Positions 40,186-48,844 of a stretch of DNA of 64,000 nucleotides are shown here, piece by piece; position 1 is the first letter of the stretch; each line of letters begins with the position of its first letter. Under the pieces are notes generated by a model. The model was not told the DNA's origin and did no database searches. It saw nothing but the letters and a program-made list of their open reading frames with translations. Origin of the DNA: Candidatus Latescibacterota bacterium. Its GTDB lineage: Bacteria; Latescibacterota; UBA2968; UBA8231. The stretch lies in NCBI GenBank assembly GCA_965217585.1, contig OZ244561.1, positions 2,880,001 through 2,944,000 of the forward strand. The letters are read 5' to 3'. A program made the translations under genes and the position numbers.

Positions 40186-40418
40186 GTACGCTGAGCGTTC
40201 GATTGCCCGATTCGCTGCATAAGCGAGTCAAGCAGATGGCGGAGGGGGAGGGGGTTTCAATGAATCAGTTTATCACCTTGGCAGTGACGGAGAAAGTGTC
40301 GGCGCTGATGACGGTTGAGTATCTCGAAGAGCGTACTAAGCGAGGTAGTCGTCAGAAGTTTGAAGCTGTTTTGGCAAATGTGCCGGATATAGAGCCGGAA
40401 GTATATGATCGGTTATAA
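40182..40418 (+). CDS. Ribbon-helix-helix antitoxin
   Basis: MSTLSVRLPDSLH...EGVSMNQFI; ATGA overlap with the PIN gene. Confidence 0.88.
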   Translation: MSTLSVRLPDSLHKRVKQMAEGEGVSMNQFITLAVTEKVSALMTVEYLEERTKRGSRQKFEAVLANVPDIEPEVYDRL

Positions 40419-40520
40419 TGCAGCCCTCACCTAGTACTTTTCCAGCCGCGTCGGCTTATTTTTTACGGTCCTTGTAGCGGCGGCCTCGATCTTCGACGCG
40501 GTGCTCGCGCATTAATTCCA
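40415..40520. repeat. Copy 3 of PNPOx-like gene 3'-end repeat (diverged allele)
   Basis: Minus strand encodes ELMREHRVEDRGRRYKDRKK* versus native ELVRERRVEDRGRRYKDRKK*; starts at the TAA stop of the antitoxin. Confidence 0.92.
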
Positions 40521-40524
40521 CTTA

Positions 40525-40572
40525 ATACGGGCCGGGCCGGATATGTGTCCGCCGCAACCAGACCGTACTGGG
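40525..40572. repeat. Dispersed repeat, partial copy C
   Basis: atacgggccg...ccgccgcaaccagaccgtactggg matches copies A and B. Confidence 0.8.
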
Positions 40573-40596
40573 CTACTGGAAGCAGGAGGTCGATTG

Positions 40597-41409
40597 GTGC
40601 AAGAAATCATAGACAACCTGTCGAGTAATCCACTCGCATTCGTTCTTGATGATGGCTGGGTACTCTACCATGGGACTTCTAAGTCGTATTCCGCTTCGAT
40701 AGAGTCTTTCGGACTCGGACATCAGGAAGGGGTACCAAGTTACTGGGACGACGTACAGTCTTTCATAACGTACTGGCAGATCTTCAACCTGGAATCTCCC
40801 GCCTTTGTAGCCCTAGCGGGATTCAGTCAGGATCGCGAAGGTGTCCGCGCCGTTTCCCTCGCCGAGACATTCGAGCGCGCAGCACGTTATGCCGTAAAAG
40901 AGCCTGGCGGTGAGACCATTGCGCTTATGCGTCGAGCTATTGGTGAGATTGCAGAAGAAATCAGGAACCCGGAGCTTATCAAGACACGCCTACACGAGCA
41001 GCGCACGTGCATCTATCGACTAGCAGTTCGCAGTGGATTCGATAGCGAAGATTCTTGGGATGCAGTAAACGGCGCTGTTGGTCCGTCATTTCATGCTATC
41101 GATCACGCGCTAAGTGTCCTTGAATGTCCGGAGGTTCTCTTCTCAGAACTCGATAAGTTCAAATCCTATAGTAGCGCCAGAGAGCATCCTCCCGTTGTTT
41201 ACGCAGTTCGCATTCACAGTGCGGACATCAGCCATCTTTCGATGAATTCAGCTGGAGTCAACTACCGTGGCGTACTACCTCCAGAACGCCTTCTAGCTCG
41301 CGTTCGGATCTCTGACGACAGAGTCATCCGGCAGCTTGCTGCTGACGACGAAGGCTTCGATTCGTACTTGGAAGCCCGGGGGATGTGGCGCAAGAGACTA
41401 GGCCACTAA
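40597..41409 (+). CDS. Hypothetical protein with ADP-ribosyltransferase-like YHGT motif
   Basis: AGGAGG RBS before GTG; WVLYHGTS...SIESFGL; VSLAETFERAARYA; VVYAVRI. Confidence 0.55.
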   Translation: MQEIIDNLSSNPLAFVLDDGWVLYHGTSKSYSASIESFGLGHQEGVPSYWDDVQSFITYWQIFNLESPAFVALAGFSQDREGVRAVSLAETFERAARYAVKEPGGETIALMRRAIGEIAEEIRNPELIKTRLHEQRTCIYRLAVRSGFDSEDSWDAVNGAVGPSFHAIDHALSVLECPEVLFSELDKFKSYSSAREHPPVVYAVRIHSADISHLSMNSAGVNYRGVLPPERLLARVRISDDRVIRQLAADDEGFDSYLEARGMWRKRLGH

Positions 41410-41669
41410 CGTGGGCAGGCGTCATGTGGTGCCTCACTCCGCTTCGCTCCGGGTTCGGAAACGTGAGAGCCTCTACACGAAAGTGCGCCCCGGCCCATCT
41501 CCTGCGCTAGCACGGTGTTCTGACGCCTCGTGCCCGAGATCGCGACCGCCATCGTGTCGGGGCAGCCGTCGGCTGCGGAGCGCGATTCGAGGGCTTTCTC
41601 CTGCGGTCATCGGCTGCGGTGGGCGGCCCTGCTTGCCCGCGTTGAAAATTAGTGGGAACTGACTTTCGC

Positions 41670-41924
41670 TTAAGCGGCTGTATTCTGTTTGATCTCCCAA
41701 CCGACCAAAACAGCCGGATGGCACTGCAGGGCTTGCGCTAGCACTTTGGCGCGTTCAACCCCAAGCTGTACGCGGTTATTTTCTATGGCTGAAATAGTAG
41801 ATTGAGGAATGCTAGTGCGCCGGGCGAGTTCATTCTGGCTAGGCTCCTGAAGCTCGCGGATAATACGGACGGACTCACCTACAGATACTTCAATCTGCTT
41901 CTTGGCGCGACGATAATTTTTCAT
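41670..41924 (-). CDS. XRE-family HTH protein (HigA-like antitoxin)
   Basis: SQNELARRTSIPQSTISAIEN...GVERAKVLA; no toxin gene upstream. Confidence 0.75.
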   Translation of the reverse strand: MKNYRRAKKQIEVSVGESVRIIRELQEPSQNELARRTSIPQSTISAIENNRVQLGVERAKVLAQALQCHPAVLVGWEIKQNTAA

Positions 41925-41930
41925 GTCGGT

Positions 41931-42440
41931 TTATTTTTTGCGGTCCTTGTAGCGGCGGCCCCTGTCTTCGACGCGGCGTTCGCGCACTAATTCCATTACC
42001 GGGACGCCGTAGCCGCAACTAGTGCCGGTCAGTTCGACTTCGACTTCGATTACATGGCGTTTGGTGCGCAGGTGTTCGGACTCCGTTTGCAGCAGCAATG
42101 CGGCGTGGGGCGATTCTTCGAGCGGGGTGGCCGTGGCTTTGCCGTAGAGGCGGATGATGCCGGCGTCTTCTCCTGCAAAAGAACAGACCATGACAGTGAT
42201 CGGGCCGCCGGCCGTCGCGTGACGCACTGTTTCATTGCCACTGCCCAAGTAGTCGAGGAAGGCCACTCGGTTGGGATCAATTATGTGTAGCGGCACGCCG
42301 CCCTTGGGCGAGAGATTGACCGGGCCGATGCCTTCGGGACCGGGCGCGAGCGCGGGATCGGCGGAGGCGACGAAAAACAATGGCGCGTTGCGGATCAGCG
42401 CAGCTTGGTCGTCGGTGATGGAGGGATAGTAGGTGGCCAT
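41931..42440 (-). CDS. Pyridoxamine 5'-phosphate oxidase-family FMN-binding protein
   Basis: LFFVASA...VNLSPKG...FLDYLGSGNET...ITVMVCSF...IRLYG...TSCGYGVP. Confidence 0.88.
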   Translation of the reverse strand: MATYYPSITDDQAALIRNAPLFFVASADPALAPGPEGIGPVNLSPKGGVPLHIIDPNRVAFLDYLGSGNETVRHATAGGPITVMVCSFAGEDAGIIRLYGKATATPLEESPHAALLLQTESEHLRTKRHVIEVEVELTGTSCGYGVPVMELVRERRVEDRGRRYKDRKK

Positions 42441-42497
42441 AGATCTTTTCCTCGTTGGGAGCTAGGTCCTGCGGTTTGCAGCAGTTGGTTGTACTCG

Positions 42498-44276
42498 CTA
42501 GATGAGCGCTTCGTTGTATTGCAATTGATGCAGGCGGGCGTAGATGCCGTCTTGGGCTAGAAGCTCTTCGTGACGGCCTTCTTCGCGCAACTCGCCCCGA
42601 TGCAGCACGAGGATTTTGTCGGCGCTGCGGATGGTGGACAGGCGGTGGGCAATGACGATGGAGGTGCGGTCGCGCATCAGTTTTTCCACGGCCTCTTGGA
42701 TCCAGCCTTCGGTCTCGGTGTCGATGTGGGCGGTGGCTTCGTCCAGCACCAGAATGTCCGGGTCCGCGGCTAGGGCGCGGGCAAAGGACAAGAGTTGGCG
42801 TTGGCCGGCAGACAGGGTCGCGCCGCGCTCCTGCACCTCGTGCTGGTAGGTGTTGGGCAGGCGGTCGATAAAGCGGTCGGCGTTGACATAGCGGGCCGTC
42901 TGCGCGACTGCCTCATCCGACAGCTCGGGAGCACCGAGGCGGATGTTGCTGGCAATGTCGCCGGCAAAGAGAAAGACGTCCTGCTGCACCAAACCGAAGC
43001 GCCGCCGCAGTGCTTCCACATTCCACTCGCGGATGTCGATGCCATCGACCAAGATCTGCCCCCGTTGAATCTCGTAAAAGCGGCACAGCAAGCTGATGAT
43101 GGTAGTCTTGCCCGAGCCGGTGGCCCCGACTAACGCCAAGCTCTGGCCCGGCTCGGCGCAGAAGGAAACGTCGCGCAGGACCCATTCTTCTTCTTCATAA
43201 GCAAACCACACGTGGCGGAATTCGATGGCCCCTGCGACGCGCTCCCGACGCACGGGACCGCCGATCGGCTCTGGCTCGGCGTCAATCAGTTCAAAGATGC
43301 GCTCGGAAGAGGCCATGGCCACCTGCACGGTAGCGTATTCCTCGGCGAGGTTGCGGATGGGCATGAAGAAGCGGGGCACGTATTGCAGCATGGCCACCAA
43401 AACGCCCCAGGCGATTTCCTCGCGCAACACTTGGCCGACGCCGTACCACAGCACCAGCGCCATCAGCGCGGCACCGCACAATTCCATAAAGGGGAAGTAA
43501 GCCGAGTGGTACAGGGTGCGCACCAAGCGGGCGTCGAGGTATTCGTCGGTACCTTGGTTAAAGCGGCGGGCGCTGCGCGGCTCGCAGTTGAACAGTTTTA
43601 CTACTTCTATACCCGACAAGGTTTCCTGCAAATCGGCGCTGAAGCGGGCAAAACGGGTGCGGGCTTGGCGGAAGGCGTGGTAGGTGCGGTTTTGCAGCCA
43701 CAGGGTGGCGGCAAAGGCGACGGGCAAAAAGGCGCAGGTGATCAGACCCAGTTTGACGTCGAGATAGTAGAAGATGTAAAACAGGATAGAGGCGATGGTG
43801 ACGGCTTCGGTCACTAGGGAGACCGCGCCGTAGGTGAAGAATTCGTTGAGCGCATCGACATCGCTGGTATTGCGGGCCATCAGCCGGCCGATGGGAGTGC
43901 GGTCGAAGAATTTGAGCGGCAGGCGCTGTAGGCAGGTGAAAATGTTCAAGCGCACGTCGCGCATGGTCCACTGGCCGACCATGCTGGTGATCCAGCTCTG
44001 GGCGTAGCCGATGGCGAATTGGGCGACCAACAGCGCGGCAAAGAGCAGGACGAGTTCTCCCAAGCCGTCCAGATCGCCGGGCACGATATGCTCGTCAACG
44101 GCTATTTTGGTCAGCACGGGACCGGCTTGGCGGGCCAGTGAGGCGGCGAGGATGAGCAACAAGGTCGAGACGGCCCAAGGCAAATAAGGCCGCAAAAAAC
44201 CCAACAGCCTAGCCATTAGGCGCAAGTCAATGGACTTTTTGTCTGTTTCTTGCTCGTCGCGGATGGTCGGCGGCAT
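42498..44276 (-). CDS. ABC exporter, fused permease/ATPase (MdlB-like subunit)
   Basis: TM domain plus GATGSGKT, LSAGQRQ, ILVLDEAT. Confidence 0.93.
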   Translation of the reverse strand: MPPTIRDEQETDKKSIDLRLMARLLGFLRPYLPWAVSTLLLILAASLARQAGPVLTKIAVDEHIVPGDLDGLGELVLLFAALLVAQFAIGYAQSWITSMVGQWTMRDVRLNIFTCLQRLPLKFFDRTPIGRLMARNTSDVDALNEFFTYGAVSLVTEAVTIASILFYIFYYLDVKLGLITCAFLPVAFAATLWLQNRTYHAFRQARTRFARFSADLQETLSGIEVVKLFNCEPRSARRFNQGTDEYLDARLVRTLYHSAYFPFMELCGAALMALVLWYGVGQVLREEIAWGVLVAMLQYVPRFFMPIRNLAEEYATVQVAMASSERIFELIDAEPEPIGGPVRRERVAGAIEFRHVWFAYEEEEWVLRDVSFCAEPGQSLALVGATGSGKTTIISLLCRFYEIQRGQILVDGIDIREWNVEALRRRFGLVQQDVFLFAGDIASNIRLGAPELSDEAVAQTARYVNADRFIDRLPNTYQHEVQERGATLSAGQRQLLSFARALAADPDILVLDEATAHIDTETEGWIQEAVEKLMRDRTSIVIAHRLSTIRSADKILVLHRGELREEGRHEELLAQDGIYARLHQLQYNEALI

Positions 44277-46021
44277 TAGAGGTCGCTCAATTCCTCGGTG
44301 AGGTGCTGGCGGCGATACATATCGGCGTACAGGCCATCGCGTTCGAGCAATTGGTCGTGGGTGCCCTCTTCGATGATGCGCCCTTCGTCGAGCACGATGA
44401 TGTGATCCGCGGCCATGACGGTAGAGATGCGATGGGCGATGAGGATGGTGGTGCGCTCGGCCATGATGTCGCGCAGACGATTGAGGATTTGCTCTTCGGT
44501 GCGGGTATCGACGCTGGCCAAGGAGTCGTCGAGGATGAGAATTTTCGGTTGCCGCACCACCGAACGGGCCAAGGCCGTGCGCTGCTTCTGGCCGCCCGAC
44601 AAGGTGACGCCGCGCTCGCCGACGATGGTTCCTAGCCCTTGGGGAAAGGTCTTGAGGTCCGCGGCTAGTTGGGCTACCTCGATAGCGCGTTCGACCTCGT
44701 CCGGGGTGGCCAAGTCGAGGGCGATGTTGTCGCGGATGCTCTCGGAGAACAGGAAGGTGTCCTGCGGCACGTAGCCGATGGCGTCGCGGAAGGCACGCAG
44801 CGGCATTTGTTCAATGGGTTTGCCGTCGATGAAAATCTGCCCCTCGCCGGCTTGGATGAGGCGGGGGATGAGCCGGGCCAGCGTGCTTTTGCCCGAGCCG
44901 ACCCGGCCGACGATGGCCAGGGTGCTACCAGCCGGAATGTGGACATCTATATCGCGCAGCACGGCTTGGCCATTGTATGCAAAGGAGGCGCGGCGGAATT
45001 CGATTTCGCCTTTGATCGCTAAGTCGTCGTCTTGGTGGTGGTCGGCTTGGGGCTCTTCTTTAAGCACGGCCTCAATGCGCAGCATGGAAGCCATGGCGCG
45101 CTGGTATTCATCGACGATGCGGCCCATCATCATCATCGGGCGGCTCATGCGGATCAAGTAGGCATTGAAGGCGACAAAGGCCCCTAGGGTGAGCGCCCCT
45201 TCGACGACGCGGATGCCGCCCAGCCACAGGATGAACACCATCGACAGGCCGCTGATGAGGAAGGTGAAGGGGAAAAACGTGCTGTAGAGGTAGATCAGGC
45301 GGCGGTTGCGCTCGACGTACTCGTCGTTGAGTCGGGTGAAGTGGTCGATCTCGCCGAGGCGGCGGGCAAATGCCTTGACCACGCGCATGCCCGAGAGGTT
45401 TTCCTGCAAGCAGGTGCTAATGGCGGCAAATTGCTCTTGGACCACGCGATAGCGCCGGCGCACTTTGCCGCCCACGAAGCGCAAAATCACGGTCATAACG
45501 GGCATAGGCAACAAGGCGTAGAGGGTCAGTTGCCAGTCGTACAGGCACATGGCCACCATACTCAAGCTGAAGCCGAGCAGGGCGCTGAGGAACATGCGGA
45601 AGCCGTGGCTGAGGTAGCGCTGCACGGCTTCGACGTCGTTGGTCGCCCGGGCCATCAAATCGCCGGTGCGGGCCTGTTGGAAATAGCCGAGGGGCAAGGT
45701 GAGCAGGTGGGCGAAATAGCGCTGGCGGATGTCGCGCTCGACGCGGTACGAGGTGGAGGCCAAGTGCCAGCGCATGCCGAAGGCCATGCACCACTGCGCT
45801 ACTCCGAGCACGACGATGAGGGCGGCGTAGTGCGTTAGAAAAGTCAGGTCCGGTGTGGTTTGATCTAAGCTGGCTCGGGCTTGGTCAATGGCGCGTTCGA
45901 GAATGAGGGGGATAGAGACGGAGATGAGCTGTTCGCCTAGCAAAAAGGCTAGGCCGACGGCTAAGGCCCAGCGATAGGGACGGAGGTAGACGGCGAACGG
46001 TTTGAAGGGATTCAGGCTCAT
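44276..46021 (-). CDS. ABC exporter, fused permease/ATPase (MdlA-like subunit)
   Basis: GRVGSGKS, LSGGQKQ, degenerate ILILDDS typical of heterodimeric exporters; translationally coupled to the partner. Confidence 0.93.
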   Translation of the reverse strand: MSLNPFKPFAVYLRPYRWALAVGLAFLLGEQLISVSIPLILERAIDQARASLDQTTPDLTFLTHYAALIVVLGVAQWCMAFGMRWHLASTSYRVERDIRQRYFAHLLTLPLGYFQQARTGDLMARATNDVEAVQRYLSHGFRMFLSALLGFSLSMVAMCLYDWQLTLYALLPMPVMTVILRFVGGKVRRRYRVVQEQFAAISTCLQENLSGMRVVKAFARRLGEIDHFTRLNDEYVERNRRLIYLYSTFFPFTFLISGLSMVFILWLGGIRVVEGALTLGAFVAFNAYLIRMSRPMMMMGRIVDEYQRAMASMLRIEAVLKEEPQADHHQDDDLAIKGEIEFRRASFAYNGQAVLRDIDVHIPAGSTLAIVGRVGSGKSTLARLIPRLIQAGEGQIFIDGKPIEQMPLRAFRDAIGYVPQDTFLFSESIRDNIALDLATPDEVERAIEVAQLAADLKTFPQGLGTIVGERGVTLSGGQKQRTALARSVVRQPKILILDDSLASVDTRTEEQILNRLRDIMAERTTILIAHRISTVMAADHIIVLDEGRIIEEGTHDQLLERDGLYADMYRRQHLTEELSDL

Positions 46022-46053
46022 GCGCTGTTTGGTGGACTGCTAAGACCCTACTT

Positions 46054-46082
46054 AGACTATACATGTTTACAAACCATGTCAA
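46054..46082 (-). promoter_or_regulatory. Sigma70 promoter of the exporter operon
   Basis: TTGACA-N17-TAGTCT on the minus strand; imperfect inverted repeat acatgttt / aaaccatgt across the spacer. Confidence 0.65.
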
Positions 46083-46128
46083 AGTAAGCGGGCGTTTTTG
46101 ATTGTTACTCAAAAACGCTGTGAGAAGG

Positions 46129-46809
46129 ATGACGGAGATGAGAAGTAGCCACGTAGATCTCTACAATCACGACGAGGATGCTGCCACGTATGATCAGGAT
46201 GTGCTCAGGTCTGAGGACCCTATTCGGGAGGGCTATGCCGAGGTCCTTGACTGGGTCGCGCAGAACGCGGGTATCACCGAGGACTCAGCCGTTGTGGAGC
46301 TTGGCTCTGGGACTGGAAATTTGACCGCTCGCTTACCCCCGTGCCGGTCTCTTGTTTGTGTCGATGTCTCTGGCGAAATGAGTAAGATCGCCAAACAAAA
46401 GCTCTGTGGCGTATCCCATATTTCGTATGTGCAAGCAGATATACTGGAGTACTTCGACGCCGATCCTCCTCCATTTGATGTGGCGATTAGTACGTACGTC
46501 GTCCATCATCTCACTCAGCAGGAGAAAGAACTGCTATTTAACCAGCTCGTGCGACGGCTATTGCCTGGGGGGTGTGCTCTATTTGGGGATCTAATGTTGG
46601 AGAGCGCACAGGAGGAGAGGATTTTGATTGATCACTATCGTTCCATTGGTGACGACGCTACAGCAACCGCCATCGAAGAAGAGTTTTTCTGGCACGTCGA
46701 TGCGTCCGTCGGCTACCTGCGCGGTTTGGGTCTTTCCGTAGAGACGACCAGATTCTCCGCTTTGTCTTGGGGAATCAAGATTCATGTGCCGAGGGTCGCT
46801 GGCGTATAA
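46129..46809 (+). CDS. Class I SAM-dependent methyltransferase
   Basis: VVELGSGTG, CVDVS, FDVAISTYVVHHL. Confidence 0.88.
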   Translation: MTEMRSSHVDLYNHDEDAATYDQDVLRSEDPIREGYAEVLDWVAQNAGITEDSAVVELGSGTGNLTARLPPCRSLVCVDVSGEMSKIAKQKLCGVSHISYVQADILEYFDADPPPFDVAISTYVVHHLTQQEKELLFNQLVRRLLPGGCALFGDLMLESAQEERILIDHYRSIGDDATATAIEEEFFWHVDASVGYLRGLGLSVETTRFSALSWGIKIHVPRVAGV

Positions 46810-46850
46810 CACATCGGTGAAAGCCCCCTCGCCGAGCACTTCGATGCTCC

Positions 46851-48701
46851 TTACCCGGCGGCCCGTTGACTATCCAGCAAAAAGCCTTCGGCTTGCATAT
46901 TGAACAGCTCGGCGTAGAGTCCGTCTTGGGCCATCAGCTCTCGGTGGCTGCCGTGCTCGGCAATGCGCCCCTGCTGAAATACGTAGATCGTATCCGCCAT
47001 GCGGACGGTCGAGAAGCGGTGCGAGATGAGGATCGTGGTCTTGCCGGCGGTCAGTTCGAGGAAGCGTTGGAAAATGTCGTATTCGGCGCGGGCATCGAGG
47101 ACGCTGGTCGGCTCGTCCAAAACGAGAATGTCGGATTGGCGGAAAAAGGCGCGCGCTAAGGCGATCTTCTGCCACTGTCCGCCCGACAGGTCCGTGCCGC
47201 GCTCGAACCAGGAGCCGATGCGGGTCTGATAGCCGTCGTCCAGTGTCTCGATGAATTCGCGCAAGCCGGCTTTCTCGGCCGCGGCTGCGATGCCGTCCAA
47301 ATCGTCGAGCCGCTCGTATTGCGCGTAGCCGATGTTCTCGGCGACCGTCCCGTGGTAGCGCATATAGTCCTGAAAGATGACGCCAAAGCGCTGGCGATAC
47401 GTTTCCACGTTGTATTCGCGCAGGTCGCGGTCGCCGAGGTGAATTTGTCCTGCGGTCGGATCGTAGAGCCGGGTCAGCAGCTTTACAAAGGTCGTCTTGC
47501 CAGAGCCGTTCTCGCCCACCAGCGCAATGCGCTCGCCGGGCCGAATGGTCAGTGACACCCCTTCAATTGCGGGTTTGTCGCTCGTCGGATAGGTCAGAGA
47601 GACGTCTTCGAACACAATGCCCGAGCCGAGATCGGTCGGTACTGCGGGGAGGTTCGGTTCGGGCTTAATTTGCGGCTGTATGTCGAGAAAGGCTTGGTAG
47701 CCCTGAATGCCTTCGAGCGAGCGTTCCCAAGCCCACGCCATCCTGGAAATGCCCGACACGGCCTGCTGAGCAATGAAGACGACGACAAGGGACATAAAGG
47801 CCAGTCCCAAGGAGATCTCCTTGGTCATTACTTGCCCGACGAGCCAGTAGCCAAAACCAAGGGCGATTGCTAGGAAAGGCAGGTAGAAAACCAAGTTTCT
47901 GGCTGCATTTCCGATGGTGAATAATCCCCTACTGTAGAACCGTTCGGCCGCCTCCTCGGCCATGCCTTTGAAATAGGGGATGAGACCAAACAGACGGATC
48001 TCTTTGGCCGGATGCTGGCCCGAGAGCAGGTGCTCAAGGTTGGCTTTGAGCGTAAATTCCTCATCTTGTAATTTCTTCTGCGGCCGAGTCAGCCATTGGA
48101 CGAGGTTCACGACCAGCAGGGCCGCTCCAGCCGCAAAGATCGGCCAGCCGATCAAGGAACAGAGAACCACTAGCCCCACCGCCTCGACGCCAAGAAAAAT
48201 GAAGTGATAGATCGAATCCATCACCCCGCAGACGGTGTAATCGAGTGCGTTCCGGTTCTCCAGCAGCTTCCGTTCGCCCGCAGCTTCGATCTCCGCCAAG
48301 TCGAGTTCCGCAGATTTGGTGATGAATTCGCGCTGCAAAAGTAGGTTGAGATGAAATCCCGCCCGCGAACCTAGCCAAGAGGAGATCTGTCGCCCGACAG
48401 CCTCCGTCGCCAGCAGCCCCCCGGCCAGCAGCGCCAGCCGAGTCAGCATCTGTTCGCTTTGCTGCGGATCCTCAAGTGCCACCATGAGCCAGTCTACCCC
48501 CCACCAGATGGCAACGCAGCGCAAGATGGCAAACAGTCCTTGGACTGCCGAGAAAACGGCGCGGGCTACAAATAGAGCGGGAGAGGCTTCCCGCGACTTG
48601 TTGGTCGTCCACCGCATCACGTACAGCCATTCGTCTATTTTGTTCTTGAACGACTGCGGAAGTCTTATCATTGTCATGGGTCGGTCTCCTGTTGACAGCA
48701 T
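46851..48701 (-). CDS. ABC transporter fused permease/ATP-binding protein
   Basis: GENGSGKT, LSGGQWQ, ILVLDEPT, ISHR; N-terminal TM helices; exact start uncertain. Confidence 0.9.
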   Translation of the reverse strand: MLSTGDRPMTMIRLPQSFKNKIDEWLYVMRWTTNKSREASPALFVARAVFSAVQGLFAILRCVAIWWGVDWLMVALEDPQQSEQMLTRLALLAGGLLATEAVGRQISSWLGSRAGFHLNLLLQREFITKSAELDLAEIEAAGERKLLENRNALDYTVCGVMDSIYHFIFLGVEAVGLVVLCSLIGWPIFAAGAALLVVNLVQWLTRPQKKLQDEEFTLKANLEHLLSGQHPAKEIRLFGLIPYFKGMAEEAAERFYSRGLFTIGNAARNLVFYLPFLAIALGFGYWLVGQVMTKEISLGLAFMSLVVVFIAQQAVSGISRMAWAWERSLEGIQGYQAFLDIQPQIKPEPNLPAVPTDLGSGIVFEDVSLTYPTSDKPAIEGVSLTIRPGERIALVGENGSGKTTFVKLLTRLYDPTAGQIHLGDRDLREYNVETYRQRFGVIFQDYMRYHGTVAENIGYAQYERLDDLDGIAAAAEKAGLREFIETLDDGYQTRIGSWFERGTDLSGGQWQKIALARAFFRQSDILVLDEPTSVLDARAEYDIFQRFLELTAGKTTILISHRFSTVRMADTIYVFQQGRIAEHGSHRELMAQDGLYAELFNMQAEGFLLDSQRAAG

Positions 48702-48745
48702 AGCCAGGCAAAGGCCGAGTTGCGGTTTACGAGGGACGTTGAATT

Positions 48746-48844
48746 TTAGCGCGTGTCGCCGCTTTCCAAATCGTCGAGCATCTGTTGTATTGTCACCTGT
48801 AGAGTAGGTAGCCGCAGCGTAACCCGATAGTCATGCTTGCTCAT
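48746..48844 (-). pseudogene. Internally deleted HEPN/DUF86 toxin
   Basis: 32-aa ORF MSKHDYRVTLR-LPTLQVTIQQMLDDLESGDTR overlaps the MNT gene end; resembles the N- and C-termini of DUF86 with no RxxxxH core. Confidence 0.6.

Noticed and set aside
41403-41674. attC site or second MITE copy downstream of the ART-like gene
   Set aside because: TAAC, gcttcgctc and a TIR-like 12-mer are present, but there is no matching GTT end, no convincing right TIR and no target duplication.
18487-41978. CRISPR array or integron interpretation of the recurring repeats
   Set aside because: Repeats are variable in length, kilobases apart and derived from a coding gene; no cas or intI gene and no complete attC structure was seen.
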